DNA of 64,000 nucleotides from Camelus ferus (Eukaryota). This document shows positions 50,876-62,740 of this stretch, in pieces. Every line of letters starts with the position of its first letter. Positions within the stretch are counted from its first letter, which is position 1. The translations under genes were made by a program, and so were the position numbers. Location: contig NC_045713.1 of the NCBI RefSeq assembly GCF_009834535.1, forward strand, positions 3,038,001 through 3,102,000. The letters run 5' to 3'. Below the pieces are notes generated by a model. The model was given only the letters and a program-made list of their open reading frames with translations, ran no database searches and was not told the origin of the DNA.

Positions 50876-51679
50876 TTCACAGCCCAGAAAGACTTGAGAG
50901 TCGGCAGTGAATTATTTCAAATTGTGCACCTTATAAAGGTGGATTCAAGGGAGAGATTATCCAAACCCACCTGCACTTTGCAAGTTTGAGAAAGGGCCAT
51001 CATTTTCTGACAAATCTAGGTGGAGGTACAGGCAGGATGGTTGTCTCAAGGACATGTTGATTTCATAATTGCATCGGGGTTGAGAAAAAAAAAAGGGGTC
51101 CTCGGTCATGAATTATTAGTTTCCAATGAAATGCAAAATACACAGATTATTCTTTCCTAGGATCAAAATCTGACTTTGACTTTCTCCCCCTAAATTGTTA
51201 AAGGCGAGTGAAAGATTGAGGTGATAGGAGGAAATGAGGAGACGTGGAATCACCTGGAAGGATTCAGCAAAGAGAAGCAGCAGGCCACTGTGGGAAAGCT
51301 CATATTGACTCACTGTTCTACCATTTACTGTTTTCACGACCCTGGTCAAGGAATTAAAATGTCCATGACACTCATTTTGTAAAAGTTGATGTTGCCTTCC
51401 CCGCTGGGTTGTGGTAAGGATCAAATCCAGTAATTTTTCTGCAGTGCTTAGCATCATGCCTGGGACTTCATAAGCCACCTATAAATGTTAGTTCTATCTG
51501 AATATGTAATAACACAAATCATCTGATATACTTTTCAGAGCATGGCTGTGGAGATGGTACAAATTAGGACGCTGAGAGGGCAATTTGCTCGTTACATGAT
51601 CAGTGAGACCAGTCTGTCCTCCAAATGTATTGGTTTGAAATAAATCAGTTAGGTTTCAGTCTAAGTGATATGCTTAGAT

Positions 51680-52980
51680 ACAGGTTTGCTATTGTGAGTT
51701 TAGTCAGAGACCCAGAAACCACTCTAGATGTTGTTGTCGGAGAGAAATTTAACACAGGGAATTAGATGCTGAATAGAAAAAAACCTCACTCTTTCTTCCT
51801 GGGTCTCTCCATTACCCCCACCCCCTACCCCCCACCCCCCAACTAATAGCACACTCCCAATTCTGATATCAAACGTGTGGGACTTTTTTTCCCCACCAAA
51901 CAAATTTCTGTGACATCAGCTGGGTGTCCTGCAGTTTAACTCCATTCTATGTGGAGATAGGGTCAGATCCCACAGGCTTAGTCCTACAACATTGCCCCCC
52001 TGCCCCTCCTTCCGATATCAATTGCAAAACCAGGTGGTCACCTCTGCTTCTGGCCATTGGGGCTATAAATTGCATTCTCATGACTGACTGCCCCCACCCC
52101 TCAGGTTCGACTGATTTGCTACAGCAGCTCACAGAACTCATGAAAATAGCTACTTTTACCAGTTTATTAAAGGACATGATAAAGGATTCAGATGAACAGC
52201 CAGATGGAGATACTTAGGCTGTGGTCAGGGAAAGTCCCGCGGGTGGGCAGGAGCTTCTGTCCCATGGAGTCAGGATGCGTCACCCTCCCGGTGCACAGAT
52301 GTGTCCCCCAACCCAGAAACTCTCTGAACTCCATACTACTGGGATTTTATGGAGGCTTTCTCATCCAGGCAAAATCAGTTATTGTCTCCATTTCCAGCCC
52401 CTCTACCCTTTTTGGAGAATGGGGGGTCGGGCTGAAAATTCCAAGTTTCTAATCACAGCTTGATCTTTCTGGTGACCAGCCCCCATCCAGGAGCCATACA
52501 GGAGACCACCCAGAGTCCCCTCATTAGAACAAAAGATGCTCCCAGCAATCTTATTTAGGAATTGACAGGGATCTTGGAAACTTTTTCAGGTATAGGGACA
52601 AAGGCCAAATATATGTTTCATATTATAAATCACAGCATCACAGGTGCGTCATGGAAGTTTGGCCAAGCTAGGAATGCAAACATCAGGGAAAATCAACATC
52701 GACCCCAGGAAATCAGGCAGTTGTAGGAATTGCAAGAAGCAGCCACCCAGAGCAGGTGATTCATAGGAGAATGCTTGGGAACCACTGCAAGACATCACAC
52801 AGCCTTCTGCTGGACTCTGTGCACCTGCCCACCTACGTCCAAGGACTACAATTGTTCCTGCTTCTCTCCCAACTTCCACATCTGATGTGAGTTCCTGTCA
52901 CTGGCAGAATCAAAATAATCCCACTGACAAGGGGGCCTGTGAAATGTAGCTTTTGGGCTCCTAGCAGCGGCACTACATGG
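51680..52980 (-). mobile_element. LTR33-like ERVL LTR split by MER21
   Basis: cagaaaccactctagatg...tttaacacagggaatt before 51770; ttccacatctgatgtgagttcc...ggcagaa...gaaatgtagc after 52642. Confidence 0.6.
51770..52642 (-). mobile_element. Full-length MER21B-like LTR
   Basis: TG...CA termini; 5-bp TSD gatgc (51765-51769) / ggtgc (52643-52647); tttatt at 52163. Confidence 0.88.
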
Positions 52981-53019
52981 AGAGCTTAGAAGGGCAGGAT
53001 GCTGCTGGGTACCAAGGAA

Positions 53020-53270
53020 AAATCGATCCTCATTATTCACGGATCCTGTATTTACAAATTCACCCACTGGCTCACTAAAATTTATCTGTAACCTCCCGAA
53101 TCAATAATTATTCATAGTACTTTTGCAGTTGTTCACAGCCATATGAAGAGCAGCAAAAAAATTGAGTAGCCCAACATATACTTTCCCAGCTTGATGCTGA
53201 ACAACAAGCAATCTGTCTTGTTTCAGCTCTCAAACCATGAACAAGGGTGCTTTCCATGATCTATTTAATA

Positions 53271-53321
<51 letters not shown>

Positions 53322-53669
53322 CTTTTTTTGTTGGTGATTTTGCTGTTAAATATGGCCCCCAGGCAGTGTTGAAGTGCTATCTGGTGTAGGAGCATCCAAG
53401 GAGGCTGTGATGTGCTGGATAAGCATGGTCCAGGCATGAGTTTTGTGCTGTTCTACGGTAATGAATCAACAGTCTCTATTAACAAAAGTGTCTTTAAACA
53501 GAAACACGCATAAAGCAAGGTTCTGTATTGATTGGGTGATGGATATATGACCAGAGACTTGCAGGAACCTAACTGTACTTGTGCTGGGAGCAGTGAGTCA
53601 GTCTTTGCTAATTCAGTGCTTTCTGTGACTCTGCAGTAACTACCACAAATGGCTAGTGAGAATCAAGTA
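53020..53669 (+). mobile_element. Tigger4/Zombi-type TcMar DNA transposon (nonautonomous)
   Basis: tcgatcctcattattcac...ctcactaaaatttat...gtgtctttaaacagaaacac...gcaggaacctaac...gagaatc. Confidence 0.82.
53272..53322. repeat. (GT)20(GC)3 alternating purine-pyrimidine tract
   Basis: Direct reading. Confidence 0.95.
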
Positions 53670-56258
53670 ATATTTAGCGCACGTGGCCCCATCCTTTGAT
53701 GGCTTAGGACCTCCTTGTGAGAATATCCAGTTAAGAAGGGAAGCGGTTCAGCATGCTTTGACATACTTCAGATCATCCCAAATTCACATGAAAAGCTGGT
53801 GTTGAAATCGAGACTTTAGAATTCCCAGCATGGTTTCCCCAAGTCTACGCTCCTCTTGTAGATTCTTCTTCTTTCCTTTTCTTTTTTTTTTTTTAAAACA
53901 ACTTAGAAGATTAAGCAACTGCCTGAACCGCCAATGTTTTTCAAACTTAAAAAACGACTAAGATATAAGAATTCATGCTGACCTTGGGGGAGGGAAGGAA
54001 ATATCAGGTTTAATCCACTGTCCTCAGGCAGTAAGTTTGACCTTGTTTTACATATGAGACACCCAAAGCCCACAAAGGTTAAGAGGTTTGCCTGAGGCCA
54101 CCGTGAGGTCAGAAAACCTGCCTACTTCAGTGTCTTTCCTTTTTGCTTGGTTGCTTTAAAATGCAGTTCAATTGCTTGTAAAGTAAGGAAGTTGAACTGG
54201 CTGATCTCTGAGGTCTCTTACAAATCTGAAATTCCATGACTTGGTGATTCTGGCATTCACTGAAGGCTTAAAATGGTTCAGCGCTCTGCTTGGGGCTGGG
54301 GCTGACCAGGTGAGGGAAGATACACAACAGAAGACACTGAATATGCCCCAGAGAGTCTGCGTGTGCAAACAAGGCACAGACAGAAACATTTAAATAATAC
54401 TGCATGGCATCCTTTATGCCTTTGAGCAAGTGACACCTCCTCCAGGAAGCCAGCCTTGATTTCCACCCTCTTCTTATTTGGAAATTATTCTGTGATCTTA
54501 ACTGCTATAGCATTAACCTGATCGTCTCCTTAATACTAATTTATTGACATTTATTGATTGCATATTACAATCATTGCATTTTACATAGTGTTAAAGTTAA
54601 TCCTCACAGCAGCTCTATGAGGTGTTCTTAGTAGCTTCGTTTTACACATGAGGATATTATGTTTTCTCTTCTGATGAACCTCTTGCCATTACAGCTTCTG
54701 GCCATATCCTTCCTGAGATACTATCTTTCCTGTGATTTTTATCATTGAGTATCTTCTGGTCTTTCCCTACACTCTCTGTCCATTACTTTTCCATTTTCAA
54801 ATTTTAAAAAATTTATTTTGATCATCTTTATTTAGGTTTAATTGATTATATAATAAACTGCTGATGTTTAAAGTACACAATTTTATGAACTTTCTCATAT
54901 ACCTGAGAAACCATTGCCACAATCAAGATGATGAATGTACCTATCACCCCTGAGTTTTTGTGTGTCCAAGTGTCCCATTGTATTCTCCACCCATCTCTCC
55001 CCTCACTAATCTGCTTTCAGTCACTGAGTTGAGGCAGTACTTTGTATTAGAATTTTATATAAATGGAGTTTCATACACTATGTAGTCTTTTTTTGTGTGA
55101 CTTCTTTCAATCAGCAGAACAATTTTGAAATTCATTCTTGTTGTGTAAATCAGTAGTGAATTTTTTTATATTGCTAAGTAGCATTCTATTGAATGCCACA
55201 GTTCTACCACATCCTTGTCAGCACTTGGTACGGTCAGTCTTTTTAATTTTAGCCACTTTATTAGGTATGTAGTAGTACCACCTTGTGCTTTCAGTTTTCA
55301 TTGCCCTGGTGACTGATAATGTTGAACATATTTTCATGTGCTTATTTGCCAGCCTTACATATTCTTTGATGAAGTGTCTGATCAAAAAAATTGTTTTCTT
55401 TTAATTAAATGTTGAGTGTTCTTTCTATATTCTGGATGCAAGCACTTTATCAGATAGATGTTTGGCAAATATTTTATCCTAGTCTGTGGATTTTCTTAAT
55501 AGTGACTTTTGAAGAGAAGAAGTTTTCAATTTTGATAAAAGCCAGTTCATTAATTTGTTCTTTCATAGGAAGTGCTTTTGGTGTCATATCTAAGAATTCT
55601 CTGGGTAACAAAAATTCACAATGAATTTCTTCTGACTTCTAGACGTTTTACAGTTTTAAGTTTGATGTTTGGTTGTATGATCTATTTTGAGTTAATTTTT
55701 CTATATGCTGTGAAGTATGGATAAACATTCTTGTGTGTGTGGCAGGGAGGGACATTATCCCCTTATGAAAACATTATTTGTTGAAAAGACTATCATTTCT
55801 CAACTTAATTGCCTTTGTACCTTGGTTGTAAACCAATTCTCCATATATATGTAGATCTACTAACTCTTAAAATCAGATAATGTTAGTTGTCCAGCTTTCT
55901 TGTTCTTTTTCGTAGTTGTGTGACTATCTAAGGTGCTTTGCGTATCAATAGGAATTTTAGAATCAATTCATCAATTTCTACAAAAAGTTCCCAGGGCTTT
56001 CAATTGGAATTGCATTGATTGCATCAACTGAATTTGGGGGAAAATTGACATCTTAACAATATTAATTCTTCTGATCCATGAACACAATATGTTTCTCTGT
56101 TATTTAAGTCTTCTTTAATCTTACAGTGTTTTTTAGACTTTGATATACAGGTATTATGTGTGATGATGATTTTTGTATGTTGGTCTTATAGCCCTCAACC
56201 ATGCTAATCTCACCGAACAGGTTTTTAGAAATTTCATCCTATTTTTTACATCATCAGT

Positions 56259-56815
56259 TGTAAGGGTGGGGTAAAGTTTTACTCTACCTTCTTAGGTTCT
56301 GTTACTGGGTCCTGTGAATTAAACTGATAAAATAAAGATTCACAGGAGAAAAATGAATGGAAATTTAATATTTTAAATTCTACATGCATGGGGGATACAC
56401 AGAAAAGAAGTGAAAACCTAAAGAAGTTAGGCTTGGAAGCTTATATACCATTTTAACAAAGTGTAATAAGGAGAAGTAACTAGATAAAGGAAAAGGGAAT
56501 TGAGGCTTCCAGGGATAGTAAATTGTGATAAGGTAAATATATGGGGAAACTAATGGAAGATAAGGGAATTTTAGTAAGATTTATTTGTACAGACCCTTCT
56601 TGATGCTGGCTTTCTGTCTTCTTCATGGCCATAAAACTCCCCTGGAGAAGGGATTTATAGCATCCTCCTTTTTCAGAAGTTCCTGCTTTTTGTCAGATAA
56701 GGGAAGCTCCAAGAAATCCCCTTTCTGCATCTGTTGATTCCCAGTTGCCTTCAGCTTGAAATAACCCATATACCAAAGTGGCACACTTTGAGGTGACATA
56801 TTCTGATCCCCTTCA
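56259..56815 (-). mobile_element. MER34-family ERV1 solo LTR
   Basis: Minus-strand start tgaaggggatcagaatatgtcacctcaaagtgtgccactttgg; 4-bp TSD cagt/caat. Confidence 0.85.
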
Positions 56816-57157
56816 CAATCGTGTCATCTGTAATAAAGATAGTTTTACTTTGTTCTTTCCAATCTGAATGTCTTATCTTTCTTTTTTCTTTTTTTTTTTT
56901 TCCCCTCACCTGATTGCACTGCTAGACCTTCTGGTGAGAGCTGACATCTCTGTCTTTTTCCTGATCTTAAGAAGAGTGTTCAGCCTTTCACCATTAAGAA
57001 TGATGTTAGCTATAGGCTTTGTTTAGATGTCCTTATGAAACTGAGACCGTTCCCCTCTCTTCCTAAGTTGCTGAGAGTTTTTATCTGCAATGGATGTTGG
57101 ACTTTGTCAAATGCTTTTCTGCACCGATTGAGATATTCATGTGGTTTTTCTTTTAAG

Positions 57158-57378
57158 TTTTTTTTTTAATAGCTTCACTGAATTTATTTTAAAAATCATA
57201 AAAAGTTTCTTACAAAAAAAGCATTACATTCGGCATCCCGCTCTGAATAGATGCCAGGGACATACGGACTATTGTTCCTTTTCCTCCCTGGCTTACTCCC
57301 TGACCCCCCCCCCCCCCAAATGTTACAGTGACCACAAAGCAAAGGGTTCACAATAATTACATGGGAGGAATTTTTTAA
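57158..57378 (-). pseudogene. HNRNPK: 5'-truncated processed retrocopy of the HNRNPK 3'UTR
   Basis: Minus strand aaaaaattcctcccatgtaattattgtgaaccctttgctttgtggtcactgtaacatttgggg...atgtccctggcatct...ttttatgatttttaaaataaattcagtgaagctatt plus A10 closely matches the mammalian HNRNPK 3'UTR as I recall it. AATAAA lies 15 nt before the A tail. Confidence 0.85.
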
Positions 57379-57829
57379 TATGGTGAATCACATTGATTGA
57401 TTTTCTAAGTGAAGCCCGTAGAAAGACTTCCCTAAGGAGTCTTTTCATGTTACCCAGATAAGTCATCATGCCTTTCCCTCCATTTTATGAGGAATGTTGG
57501 GCTGGGAACCAGAGCAAGTGTGAGTAGGAGGAAGAAACTTGTAAATCTCAAAGGAGAACACCAAGAATTATTAGCTAATCAGTCCCAGGACTCTGCACTG
57601 AGCCAATTCAAAGAAGTTGGTAAATGGAGTTTGTCTGGAGAGCAGGGTACCTCTGGGGACAGTTTCATGGCTTTTGGAGAAGAGATAGAAAACGTCTCTT
57701 ATGGACAGATGGAAGTGGGGCTCTGGGTGCCTTAGTGACACTGTTCACAGGTCATTGTCATTTTACTTACATGTTGAAGGGAAAATGCAGCTAAAAAGTG
57801 AGAACTTCCCTAACATTGCTAGGATTCCA

Positions 57830-58890
57830 TTGGTCCTTGGTACATGACCCATCACCTTCTTTCTCTTCTTCCCTGAAGCTGCTACTCGAGTGATAGCTTA
57901 AAATCCAAATGTGATCATGATACTGTCTACCCTGTAACTCCACTGCCTATGAAATAAATTGTCTGTCCCATTAGCATGACTTCCAAGGCCCTTTATATTC
58001 TACACCCAACCTACCCATCCAAGCCCTTCTTCCACTGCTTTCCAAGCATACCCAGATGACCCAGAAGTATCAACATTTCTGATATTCAGAAAACAATACA
58101 CCTTCTCTCCCAAGCCTCGTTGCTTTTGTCTGCAGTGCCTTCCCCCCCATTTTTAATCTCTTTCTGTCTGTCTCCTTCTATAGTCTTAGGTTTAAAGTTA
58201 CATTAAACTCAGTTGTAATTCATTGCACACCATCATCTGTGCAAGGGTTTGCCTCCAACTCCCCAGAACCCCAAATGATGCTACAGTGGATTTGTATGAA
58301 AATTTCCCTGGGAAGATAGATGCTCAGAAGTTGAATTGCTGGCCAGAGAGCATTAGTGTACCTAATTTGACTAAATATTGACAGATTGTTCTACAGAATG
58401 GCTGCTCCAATGTCTGCATCCTCTGCCTCTCAGAAACACTTGGCATTATCCAGCTTTCTAAATTTCCCAGTCTGATAGGAATTAATTACTGTGATTTTGA
58501 ATGTATCATCATAAGCTCCTCCTTTAAAATTCCCTCTGTCAGTTTCCTGTTTATATCTTTTGCCCTCTCTTCTCTTGCCTTTGCCTTTTTCTTCACCTAA
58601 TATTCCCTCTGTCTTTCTCACATGGGACTCAGTTCCATCGCCACTACCTCCCTGAAACCTTCCTCGATTACCTAGACAGATTTAAAGCCTCCCTCTTCTG
58701 AGTGTCTATGGCATTTTGCTCATACCCATATTATATGTATCATAATACACTGTCATTTCCTTTCCTTTTTTGTCTCTTCTGCTAGAAACCAAGACAGAGA
58801 TAGATAGATAATAACACTATTTCTTTATTAAAGAACATAACACAGGGCTTGGCACAAGGCTAGATCTCAATTATGTTTAATGAAAGGAAA
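57830..58890 (+). mobile_element. L2 fragments, interrupted by an antisense L1ME piece (~58290-58520)
   Basis: catgacttccaaggccct...; gaaaccttcctcga...cacagggcttggcaca...tttaatgaa. Confidence 0.6.
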
Positions 58891-60134
58891 AGAAGAATTG
58901 GGCAACACGAATAAAAATATTCATAGGATAAATTAATCTGTGACATCAGAGACAATGCCACATAGACATGTTGGAAACAGAGGACAGTTATGCCTAGAGG
59001 ACAATCCCGAGTCTAATTCTTAAAGAAAACATCTGTTTATTTTGATCTACGTCTAACCAAGCTGGGTAAACTCCCTGCTCTATAACCACACACATTCACA
59101 GTGTTTGTTGATGTTGGGCCAAGAGGCATCAAGCTGAATTCAGATGATTGGAAGGACAGATTTGTTAACTCAGCATCTCAAGACACTGCCAAGTACATTC
59201 ACATCAATTTGCAAAGCCACCATTCCAGTTAGAGGTGTCATCTTCAGGGGCTGCACTTGGAGTTAAAACAAGACAAACAGAAGGGTTTAAATGTCATAGG
59301 ATGAAAAGTCAAACGGACCTTTGCTGGCAAAGAAGAAGGATGTTTCTATTCCCAGTGCTCAGTGACTGTGGTCAGGGTTGGCCTTACAGCTGCATAATTA
59401 AGGATAAAAACTGGTCTTTGTTCTTATGAGAGAGGGCCCGTGAGAATTCCTATGGTTGGACAGGCCTAGCCAAAAGAATTAAAGTCCTATCTTCTGTTTT
59501 GCAACCCTGGAAGGGTGAGTGCCTTGGACTCTGAGATTGGCCAGATTTTTCCAGAGGGAGTCTGAGGATTAGCCAGCTCAGCAGGGCTGGAACATGTCGT
59601 TTGGGGTGCTCATACCTCAGCTTCTGCCTGGGGTGTGGGGAGTGGCATTTGAATGAGCAGGAGATCATCACTGACTTGAGCTGGCAGTGTTTCCTCCTGG
59701 CTTCCTGGAACTTCTACTGATGTAACGTTTGTTCAGCCTTGACCATAAGACATGCCAGGACTGGAGTGGAGACCAAAGGAGAAAATCAGGGTTGAAGGGA
59801 GTCAGGTCTTGAACTGGCCCTTAGGAGTTAATCATTCTTTGGAATTGATCTTCAAATAGACGTGGGATACCTGGGGCAGTCATCAGTTTCCAGCTTGTCT
59901 GTCATGGATGGAATGTTTTGGATGAGAATGATCACAAATTGTAGGCCAGCTGGAGCACCTTGGTCCTTGGGCTGAGAGAATCCATCGGGTGTAGTGTGGA
60001 ATTCTAGGTTTTCATACGACAGCATCTCTAAGGAGACAAGGGTGTTTGTAATATGATACCCACTTTACAGAATGTGTAACTTTCCTCCACTTTCCCAGAG
60101 AGGAAAATTGTTCTTGCCAAACGTGTTCATCGTC

Positions 60135-60960
60135 CAGTCATTCATTCATTCATTCCCATCCAGTGACTACTAAGTAAGGGTCTATCATGCGCCAATCACT
60201 TTGCAGTCTTTAGAGATACAGTGATGAACAGGACAGGATGGATCGCTGCATTCAGGAAGTGCGCAGCCTTAGTTATCCAAGGTCCCATGTAATTAGAACC
60301 ATGACAACGTGCTCCGAAGGAAGAGAACAGCAGGCTGGGAGAGTGTAAAACAGGGGACTCCAGCTAGTCTTGGAGAGGCCTGCAGAGGTGCTGAGCTCAT
60401 CCCAGAGGGAATGGGCTCCCTGGGGAAGAAACAGTTAAGCTGAGATCAGAGGAGTAGGCATCTTGGAGAAGAAGGGAGGTGGGGGAGGTTTTGGAGAACA
60501 TTCCTGGTGGAGACACAGCATGTGCTGCCGCCTTGAGGAGTGAGAACTTGCCATGTCCTAAAAACAGAAGATGCATGTGGCTGCCTGTGGACCATGAGGA
60601 GAAAGATAGGCATTGGCTGACCCCACAAGGGTGTTGGGGTCGCACTGAGAATTTTGCTGTTAATCCTCCAAGCAGAGAAGGGATGGTATTTTCCAGTGTG
60701 TCTGTAAAAGCTCTCTCTGGCTGCAGCCTGGAGAATGGATGATGGGGCTGGAGGAGATGCCCATGGACCAGTTAAGAGACCATGGTAATGGTCCAGTTGA
60801 GAGATGTTTGTGGCTTGGATTAGGGTGGAGGCAGAAGAGATGGACTCAAGCGGACATCCTCTAAATATATTACAAAGCAGATACCTGAGGGAGGACTTAA
60901 GGGGAAAATAGAGACAAAGGATGCAGGGGAACACCAAAGAAGGTAGGAGCAGGTCTTTAG
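60135..60960 (-). mobile_element. L2a LINE 3' portion
   Basis: (ttca)n tail; gaagagaacagcagg; ggaccagttaagagaccatggtaatggtccagttgagagatg. Confidence 0.8.
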
Positions 60961-61559
60961 TCTTCTGTCTGCAAATCAGTGCTCAGGAGTAAATGACTGA
61001 GAGCAGGATTCAAGGTATAAGAGAGATGGGAGATCCTGACATATCATGTGACCGTCACCTCCCTGGGGCCCATCCTGTCACTCTCAAAGCTGCTGCCATG
61101 GAGACTGGTAGGCAGGAGGCTGTACTTTGGGGACAGCAGTGGGAGGGAACCAGCCAGAGAGACAGCCAGAAGCAGAACAGATCTGGTTGGAGGGTGCGGC
61201 TGCCAGTCAACATCTTTCCTGAGTGGTAGAACTTCGTTTCAAGTCCCCTTGTAATGTACAAACAGAACATCCACTCCCCAGGCCACCGTGAACAAGGTGA
61301 TGCTCCCCTGAGGAGAGAAAGAGAGAGGCAGGGACAATCTGCAGCCCTCACCATATCCCAGGAGCAGTGTTCATTCTGTTTTCCCATCTCAGATGCCTCT
61401 GTTTATAAAATTAAAGTGTAGAGAAGGATTTTCTTTGCTCCTAAATAATGATTCAAATCATCATCACTACCATTTCTAGTCAAGAGTACCCATCACAATC
61501 TCATTCTTGGAAAGTTAACAAAAATGCGTACATGCATTAATTTAGCGTTCACGCGTTGC

Positions 61560-61720
61560 TGGGAGCCTACGTGTTTAATCTTCCTGATGGTATGAAGAAG
61601 GGCACTTTGCAGTGAAGAACACTGAGACTCTTGGAGGTTTATATCGTCTGCCTCAAAGCCATTTAACAAATGATTTGGCAGAGCTGAGATTTAAACTCAG
61701 GTCTCCTCAGTCAAGCCCGT
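61560..61720. mobile_element. MIR fragments
   Basis: cagagctgagatttaaactcaggtctcc. Confidence 0.5.
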
Positions 61721-62654
61721 TGAATAGTTGACTCTCCTCTGGCCCTGACATCCTCTTGTCTCACACCTTTGTGATACCGTGATTGCAGCACCCGGTGTGG
61801 GCTGGGCCTGAGCGGAGGGCGAGGCTGGGGAGCTGGGTGTGTGACCGGTGCCCATGGCCTCTGGCTTTGACCCTCCTACACTGCCAGGCACTAGGGCTTG
61901 AAAAGTCTCCTCTTTCTTTTATTTGAAGTGAGGTGAAAAACCTCTACTCCCCCATCTGCCTTACACACACTAACACACACGCTGGGAGGAAAGCCAGAGA
62001 CATGTTTTCACTGTGTTGTCGCACAGGAAAAGGGTTCTGAGGTGTTAATATATTCTGTCCAACTGGAGCTCAAATGAGCCCAGCAGGGGAGAGTGTCCGC
62101 TGGTCCTGGCTCAGCATCTCCCTCTTACAGGGTCATCCGGTGCTTCGGCCTTTCCAGTCTCCCTGAGGTCCCAGATGATGCTCCCTGGAGATAGGACAGA
62201 ACTTCTGGGTTGAACACCCAGCCGTCCACACTGATAAGGAGGAATGGCAGTGTGCAGTGGTCACTTCTCCACTTCTCTGATGGAGGTGAATAATTTTCTT
62301 CAAGAGCACTGGATACAGGCAGTGGCTCCTTGCAAAACAACACTCCAGTCACTGCTCTTGGCACATGCAGCCCTGGGTCTGATGGAGCTGTGCAGACTTC
62401 AGAGCTGCTGTGCCCTCTCTGGGTCTCTGGGACCTCAGAGCCTGCCTCTCCTTCCCTGGCCTGGCCTGCCTTGTCCCCAGGGGGCCTGGCCTGCAGACTG
62501 CGTTTCTCGGGCTATGTCTGGGTTTGGCCAGTGGAGGAATCAGTGCTTAACGGGAGGCAGTAAACTGGAAGAAACCAGAGTACCACTCTGCTTCCACACC
62601 ATCTCCAGCAGAATTTCCAGCATCCCCTGCTTCTCCCTCTAGGGTCTCATTCCC

Positions 62655-62740
62655 TCTCCTCCCCATCTCTGTCTCTGCTTCTGTCTCTCTGTGTCTCTAT
62701 CGCCCCTTCTCTCTCTCTCTCTCTCATCCCCTTCCCTCCT
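62655..62740. repeat. (TC)-rich low-complexity tract
   Basis: Direct reading. Confidence 0.8.

Larger units (their letters stand above)
54810..57420 (-). mobile_element. L1MB-like LINE (3'UTR and ORF2 end), interrupted by an LTR and a retrocopy
   Basis: Antisense L1 ORF2 motifs (tgcttttggtgtcatatctaagaa; tggaattgcattga; cagcctttcaccattaag; gtcaaatgcttttctgca) read collinearly across both insertions. Confidence 0.88.

Noticed and set aside
50789-50884. Extra 9-10-mer matches between the insertion and 52187, 52567 and 53132
   Set aside because: Matches this short are expected by chance within 3 kb, so they were not counted as templated pieces.
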